Of a DNA stretch of 64,000 bases, positions 57,357 through 64,000 are shown one piece after another (the stretch's first letter is position 1; each line of letters opens with the position of its first letter). Both the position numbers and the translations under genes were made by a program. The notes below the pieces were generated by a model. It worked only from the letters and a program-made list of their open reading frames with translations. It did no database searches and had not been told where the DNA came from. Origin of the DNA: Octopus sinensis (taxonomy: Eukaryota); NCBI RefSeq assembly GCF_006345805.1, contig NC_043014.1:4402001-4466000 (forward strand), given 5' to 3'.

Positions 57357-58567
57357 TGTTTCTTTATTAGCCACACAGGGCTGCACACAGACAGAACAAA
57401 TTACAAGGTAGAGCATTTCTTTTGGGGCTAAAAAAAATGGGGGTTGGTTTTCGATCAAAAGGGATCGTAAAAAGAAAGAAAGAGGACAAAAAAAGGGGAG
57501 GATTTTTAAACAGGGGGGAGAGGGATTAAAAAAAGAAAAGGGGAGAGGAAAAAAAGTTGATCAATAGGGATCGTAATCACAGAAATGTCAATATGAAGTG
57601 TAAAGGGGAGGACAGGTGAGGTTTACCCGTGGAAAGAAAAGCCTACGGAAAAGACCACGGTAACCTCGGTCAATGAAGTCACATGTTATATTTCTTTCTT
57701 TTATTTTTTTTTTTTTGCAAATAAGCAACTCTCTGTATTAATTTTTACGGTTCATAGAATCATAGTCAAGGTGGCTTCGTCATTCATACGTGCCATCCTT
57801 GCTACATTCACCCATCTTTTTTTAAAACATTCACTAGACAAAACTTGCTTCCCTACTCTCACTTTCCTCTTCAAGTGATACTTGAAGAAGTTGATGAGAG
57901 ATTGACCAGAGAGGAAAGTGTTTGTCTCTAATCCTTTCAGACGCGTCCACCAGATACATTCTTTCGCCATAGCCACAAGGATGATGAAAATAGCTCTTCC
58001 TTCCCGTTTGAAGGAAGGAGGCGTGTCGATATTAACGATAGACTCGGCTGATAAACCGACACGTCCCACACGTGACAGCAGTCGTTCGACATAAGCCCAC
58101 AGCTCGGAAATTGCTGGACACTGCACGATTGCGTGCAGAGCGGTTTCGTCGCTCTGCCCGCATCTTGGGCAGGTCGGCCCCGTGTTTCTCGAGCCATGCC
58201 TATAGAGCTTATCCCGAACGTGTAGCGCTTCTCGGTAGCACCGCCAGGCCAGGGATCTCTGGAAGTTGTCCGTAGGTCCCGGGCCGAAAGTCGTTTCAAA
58301 CAGGCGGGTCAGGTATTCCTCGTCGACGTCCAGGTTTGCCTCGAGATCGTCGTCGTACCTCCCCTCCACTAATCCCCTATAGAATGCTTTGGTTGTGTTG
58401 AAGTCACTCAAGGTCGACCCGGGACGGCAGAGTTGCTTGAGAGCAACGCGACACTCGCTGTGCCATTCGCCCTTCCTCGGCCTCTTTTTGATCCACGACT
58501 GCAGTTCGGTCATGGAGACGAGTTGCGGGAAAGCGTGCCTCACAAACGGCGACCACACCTGTTCACC
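57357..58567 (-). mobile_element. Second, shorter 5'-truncated copy of the same Tx1/L1 family, in (GATA)n
   Basis: The 268-aa ORF 58558-57752 is highly similar to 55330-54525, with the same 3' end and AATAAA. Confidence 0.92.
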
Positions 58568-58612
<45 letters not shown>

Positions 58613-58613
58613 T

Positions 58614-58699
<86 letters not shown>

Positions 58700-58717
58700 T
58701 AGAAATACCTGTCAATC

Positions 58718-59288
58718 TATTCGGTTGTCCAGAAATTTATTGCTGATATATGGTTGCTTAAATTTCGACTTATTTTAGAACATGGTTGAGTTCATAAAAT
58801 AGAATTTAACTCCACCACCATTAAGAACGCAGTTTAAGCTATCTTTTCGTGTAAGAAGGTTTATGTTCCTATAACCTGTGTTAATTTTGTAACACTTGAA
58901 AAGGCAAGATAAGAAAGTTCATTTTCGGCACTTGATGCTTTGGGAACCAGACAAAAATTGCTGCAGCTCGGCTGGCATGTGTTACTCCATCCCTCCATAT
59001 TCACCAGATATTGCACCTTCGGATTTCCACTTATTCAGGCCTCTGCAGAATAGTCTTAATGGTAAAAATTTCAATTCCTTGAATGACGTAAAAAGATACC
59101 TCGATAAATTCTTTGCCATGAAACCACTTCAATTCTGGAAAGAGGGTATTTTCAAGTTAAAGGAAAGATGGAGAAGCATAGTTTTACAAAATGGTTCATA
59201 TTTGGTTGTTTAAAAATGCAATGGCAAGTATTTATTGGCCCTTTATTTTCCTTTAAAAATCGGCACGAGCTTTCCAGGCAACCCAATA
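58718..59288 (+). mobile_element. Internally deleted mariner element
   Basis: PPYSPDIAPSDFHLFRPLQNSL..WKEGIFKLKERW..NGSY is a mariner transposase C-terminus. Degenerate TIRs: TATTCGGTTGTCCAGAAA / TTTCCAGGCAACCCAATA. Confidence 0.88.
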
Positions 59289-60251
59289 TAAATACATATA
59301 TATCTATGTATATCTGTATACATATATATGTATATATATATATATACATATATATATTTATATATATATATATTTATATATATATATATATATACAAACT
59401 TATATATATATAAACACGCACACACAAACATATGTATATATATATGTATAAACATTATATATATATATATAAATTTTTATACATTTACATATATACATCT
59501 ACATATACACACTATATTTAAGGAGTGAATAACCAGTTTATATAGCACCCGTGTACAAAATATCTAATCCTCATCCCTTTCGTATGCAGTCAATTTATAA
59601 CCTACAATATGTTCCCAAACATTTTTCTTACAAACTTTTGTGATATTCCATTGAACGCCAAAAGATATGTTGACCTTCGAGCTTCAATCCGGAATATTAT
59701 TCACCAGTGCTAGAAATGCCCGACTCTTCAGTGATCATGATGGATAACTATACTAAACAATATCAAGGCGATAGAGCTTTTGCATCAATTCAAACTACTT
59801 TTAAATATTGCATCCTATTGCCTTGACAGATTCTCCTAATGTCGCAGTGGAAAAGTCCTACAGCGTATTAGGACGCCGTACATGAAAGGTTGGCGTCGGG
59901 CTTTCTTGTACGTCAGCAGAATGCGCAAGTCTACGTTTCTAGTAATCTTCAAACTACCAGCGATTTTAGATAGCAAAATTAGTCTACTCTTGACAATGAA
60001 CAGGGATATTAGCTGTTTATGTAATGTGTATGCTTTGCCATATACAAGCATGAAATAATGAAATACCAGATTCACAGAAAGGCATGCAGTTCCAGCAAAC
60101 CTCCAAGATGTAACACGATATAATAGATTTGGTAGAATGGACAATGTCGACGTCACCCACATCTTCATAAAATGCTGTCCGAAAATGTTGTCATATATTG
60201 CATTCTTTTTTCAGTTCTAAACGATAATAAATACTTTCTCTTTTTCCACAG

Positions 60252-60285
60252 AAATCTTGCGACGATAAACCTGATGACACCCCAA
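60252..60285 (+). CDS. Gene G5/6 alternative exon 2b (34 nt, KSCDDKPDDTP)
   Basis: Strong ctttttttccacAG acceptor and GTAAGA donor. It is 18 nt shorter than exon 2a, with the same 0-to-1 phase. Confidence 0.65.
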
Positions 60286-60619
60286 GTAAGAACTAATTTT
60301 ATATTGTATAAGACAATAACTTTGAAGAAATGTTCAGGAATGAGATTAAATATTATAAAGTATCCAGCTTCCAGTTCTACAGTGTTTAGCTAAAGTCATT
60401 CACCCGTGTCTCCTTAACGATTTATAATTTCACCAAAGTTGAATTGACTCTACATCACTATCCATATTTCTTCAGTAATATATACTAAGACACTAGTCTA
60501 AATTTCTTTTAAAATACATTTTTTTACAATAATTTCCTTAATAAAATTTTACTCTGTTATACTATGACATTAATTGTGTGTATATAAGTGTGTGTGTGTG
60601 TGTGTGTGTGCAGCGCTAC

Positions 60620-62560
60620 GTCGATAAGTGTACCAACCATTGTTCGTCTGAGAATCGAATGCCCGACCTAGCGCATCAATGCGTTTATATCTAGAATTTA
60701 GCAATCTGTTCAGTCTTGTGCTTCCAATCACTCGTGAATAGATTCCTGAAGTAACGATATTCCACTTTCCTGCAGAGTGTGTGTTAGTCATCCCTGCCTT
60801 GGAGCACTCGGCAGCCAACCCATTCAATGCGTGTCGAAAGTGAACTTGACATGAGTCAGATAGCAGCACGTCGTCTGCAAATAGCAGTCGACCGACCCCA
60901 TACAGACGAAATGAGATACTTCTTCTAAAATGGCTGAGCCTTGATCAACCAGATCATAAGAAATGTGAAAAGCACTAACAATGCACTCTTCTATCGAAGT
61001 CCAAACTCCATGTTGAAAACATTCGGCTTTTGCACAAATACAAACATTTTACGAGTATTTTACGATAAAAAGTACTTGCCCAATAATTTCACCTTCCTGG
61101 TAAACCATCCGCAACATGCCCCACAGCACGTGGTCTACAGCGTATTCCCCTTGGATATATTTCAACATTTTCTCGAAGATCTGCCTTTGAACGAATATCT
61201 GGTCGGGTGTACTGCGTCCAGGACAGTAATCTTGGGCGCGACCATTTCTCTACGTAATATTTCTAGACATGTAGTGTAGGCTTTGTCTTAAAAAAATCTG
61301 TGGTTATTACCCCGGATTGTCATTGCACTCGTGTTTTCCCTGGTGCCCCATTCCACCTAGCATACACGGGTCACTCAAGGAATACCCTGAGTATTTAAGG
61401 GTTTAAAATTATCAAGACGAACGTATTTCTCTCCAGCAGCTTTATCACTTTCAGTGACTTTAGTTCGACAAAACTTATACAATCACTAATCGATTTCGAT
61501 GCCCAAGTTTATTCATGTGGGTCTCTCTCAATTTGGATGCAATATTATCCACAATTTTGTTTCTTATTCCATCATCCACAACTGCTTTCAACTTTATTCC
61601 GTAGGTCGCCCTGGACTTACCAATTTACTAGGTTCTCCCAACTGTAGGCATCTTCCGGTTTCAGACATCTTGGTAGTGGTCAGTTGACAACTCTCCCCAC
61701 TACTTATAGCCCGAACGTCCAGCACAGACTCAAAGAGGACTGAGACGACAACAACATCTATCAAGAATTTCTGTCACTAAGCATTTCTATTCCAAGTACC
61801 CTTATAAACAACCGTCTTAAAACGATATCTATATCATAGAGAGTCCAGAAGACTAGTATGGCCACCACATTAAGGTGTGTGACGCCATTCCACCCAATCA
61901 ATACTTCTTGCGGTTATCAGCGCCAAAGTGTGCACGGAAGTCTCCTTGTAAGACAAATGACTTTACCCCAAATATATCCAAAGCTGCAGTGACTTTGTTA
62001 AGGAAGCATTTGTATTTGACCTCGCTATTGGGTGCATTTACTTCCAGCAGCTACATCACTCCATTCTGCTTGAGCTTCAGGAGATATCCCTTAATACCTA
62101 GTGGGATTCACTTCATAATCCAATCCGAAAGCCAGGGATTGTGAGCATCCCACTTCCGCCTATGCAGACATAGTTGGCACCACACCTGCACGGTGGAGTT
62201 TCCAACCTACTTCCAAGTGTGCGCCTCCGAAGCAATGAAGCTTTCTTGAGGAGACTGATTATATATAACAGGCAACGTTTTGTCTCGTCCGGTTTTGACA
62301 GTCTAATTCTCAATTATGAACGGATGATCCCTTCTAGACCGGCTTCGGGGTCATGGAACACACATATTTTGTACTCCCTTCCCATGCATCCCAATTTGAG
62401 TTGGGTGGAGACAGAAAAATATTTCCCAAATGGACTCCTTCATCCAAGATCCGGACGCAAATGTTGTTATCCCTCTCGATGAATGACGCGTTATGGCTAT
62501 TCCTTCGAGCCCTTTGCATATTGTAGCTATGATGGACTGATTCGCGCCAAACATTAAGCT
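60620..62560 (-). mobile_element. Degenerate RTE-clade LINE remnant ('X' lineage)
   Basis: LLFADDVLL..DS...RHALNGLAAECSKAGM RT segment; collinear with 7960-9605. Confidence 0.72.
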
Positions 62561-62988
62561 GATATTTGTAATTGACCAATCCAGTACCAAGAATTGATAA
62601 TATGGCTACATGTCTAAAAATGACTTTATCATTATTACGGTCACAAATATATATATATACTCACATCCAAGTTCAACAACAAAACAAACATCCTTTCATA
62701 AGGGAGACAAATACACTTTCTGATATTCTGAGATTAATCTCTCAATTCGTTGACATCAACGTCAACAACAGGCTCAATAGACAAATGACTAATTTTCTTC
62801 GTTTAAAATTTATTCTTAGCGAATCATTTACTTCTTTCATTCTGATTTTCATTCATTCACTCATTCTTTTTCTCTTAAATTCTAAATTTCTCTCCTCTCT
62901 ATCAATTCCTTCCAAGCCAACAACTTCCTTTGTATAGGATTCAAGAATTCTTTCTTTTAAACTAAATTGTTTCATTTTAATTTCACAG

Positions 62989-63063
62989 AACCCGGTCTCG
63001 GATCATTGTATACTCGGTGGGGCAGAACTACTTGTCCTACTAATTCAAGCCTTGTATATGACG
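62989..63063 (+). CDS. Gene G5/6 exon 3 (KPGLGSLYTRWGRTTCPTNSSLVYDG); exon 4 expected beyond the window
   Basis: tttcacAG / GTTAGT, 75 nt. Confidence 0.85.
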
Positions 63064-64000
63064 GTTAGTATAAACTATACTTCTGTTCTCTCTTTCTCTC
63101 TTTATCTTTCTCTTCTTCTCTTTTTATTCCTTCATTTTCTCTTTCTCTCGTCTCTCTCCCTCCCCGTCACTCTCACGCACACGCCCACACACTCAAGCAA
63201 ATCATTTGATGACATATCACGTTTGAAACGATATATAGAGTCTGCACAAGACTGCTTACTCCTTTGTAGGTATTTGGTCAAATCAGAATTTTAAATGTTG
63301 TCTACTACGGACCAAGTGAAAAGGCGGTTGTCTAACTACAGAATATAGATATCTCTACGTTAAGTTATAGATAGGACTAGACGGGAATCCAGTATAGCGA
63401 TCAAGGACTCCTGGCTGACTTGTATGGAGTGTAGATATCAAATACCGAGGCTGCTGACTGGTGATCAAATATACTGGCTACGGATGGTGGTATTGTACGT
63501 GAGTGACATGAGCTGAAAAGTGGCCACTTGACTATCTTTAACTAGAGTGCCCAATGATCGTAGGTGTGGGCTAAATTGAATAGAGTCTATTAGAATTGAT
63601 GACAGTGACTGTAAATGGTTAATGGAATGAAAGCACAATGTAGAATGAGGACTGGACAAGCCACATACTGTAAATGATGGAAAAAGCTAAGGACTTTATT
63701 CATTAGGTAAAATATAGAGAGACTAAATATTAGTGAGAGAACACAACAGAGTACAGAATGCACTTCTATTCTTCTCCGCCTCACCGAAATCGTCCTATCG
63801 CTAAAACCTTGCTCTTTTCATGCACCACATCACCTCATTTAATTATCCAGTATATCTTTGTAAGGTAATTCCGAAACTTCCAATTCAAAACTGCTGCTAC
63901 AAACTGCGTCCCCAATCAACCTTACGTTCCTTAAAAATGCTCTGTATCTGCTCTTTATAAACCCTACACGTATCCTTTTTCGGTCGCCCACTTCGCCGTC

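Noticed and set aside
54189-58567. RT next to hypervariable genes as a DGR/retron-like diversifier
   Set aside because: The RT is a standard non-LTR type, there is no template-repeat/variable-repeat pair, and the substitutions are not adenine-specific.
59520-60170. Unique non-repetitive stretch with a 110-aa minus-strand ORF
   Set aside because: No recognisable motif; probably decayed TE or intron sequence, and it cannot be classified without a search.

Overview
Eukaryotic, AT- and microsatellite-rich genomic DNA, very probably an octopus (coleoid cephalopod), judged from the SINE types and repeat landscape. The window holds a head-to-tail tandem array on the + strand of a four-exon gene. 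G1 is represented by its last exon only; G2, G3 and G4 are complete; G5/6 is a chimeric unit whose last exon lies beyond the window. Splicing 144+52+75+~500 nt (intron phases 0,1,1; all GT-AG) gives a ~255-256 aa protein. It has an N-terminal hydrophobic signal/anchor, a short acidic stalk and a 10-Cys domain like the C-terminal domain of 'short-chain collagen C4'/spongin (collagen IV NC1-related), but no Gly-X-Y helix. The promoter and exon 1 are almost invariant between copies, whereas exon 4 has about five hypervariable, aromatic/His-rich patches on a constant scaffold, suggesting a diversifying recognition-protein family. Introns and spacers carry degenerate RTE LINE, Helitron and Penelope-like remnants, tRNA-derived SINEs, foldback elements, a deleted mariner and two Tx1/L1-type LINEs inserted in (GATA)n. 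Most ORF-track entries are microsatellite artefacts.
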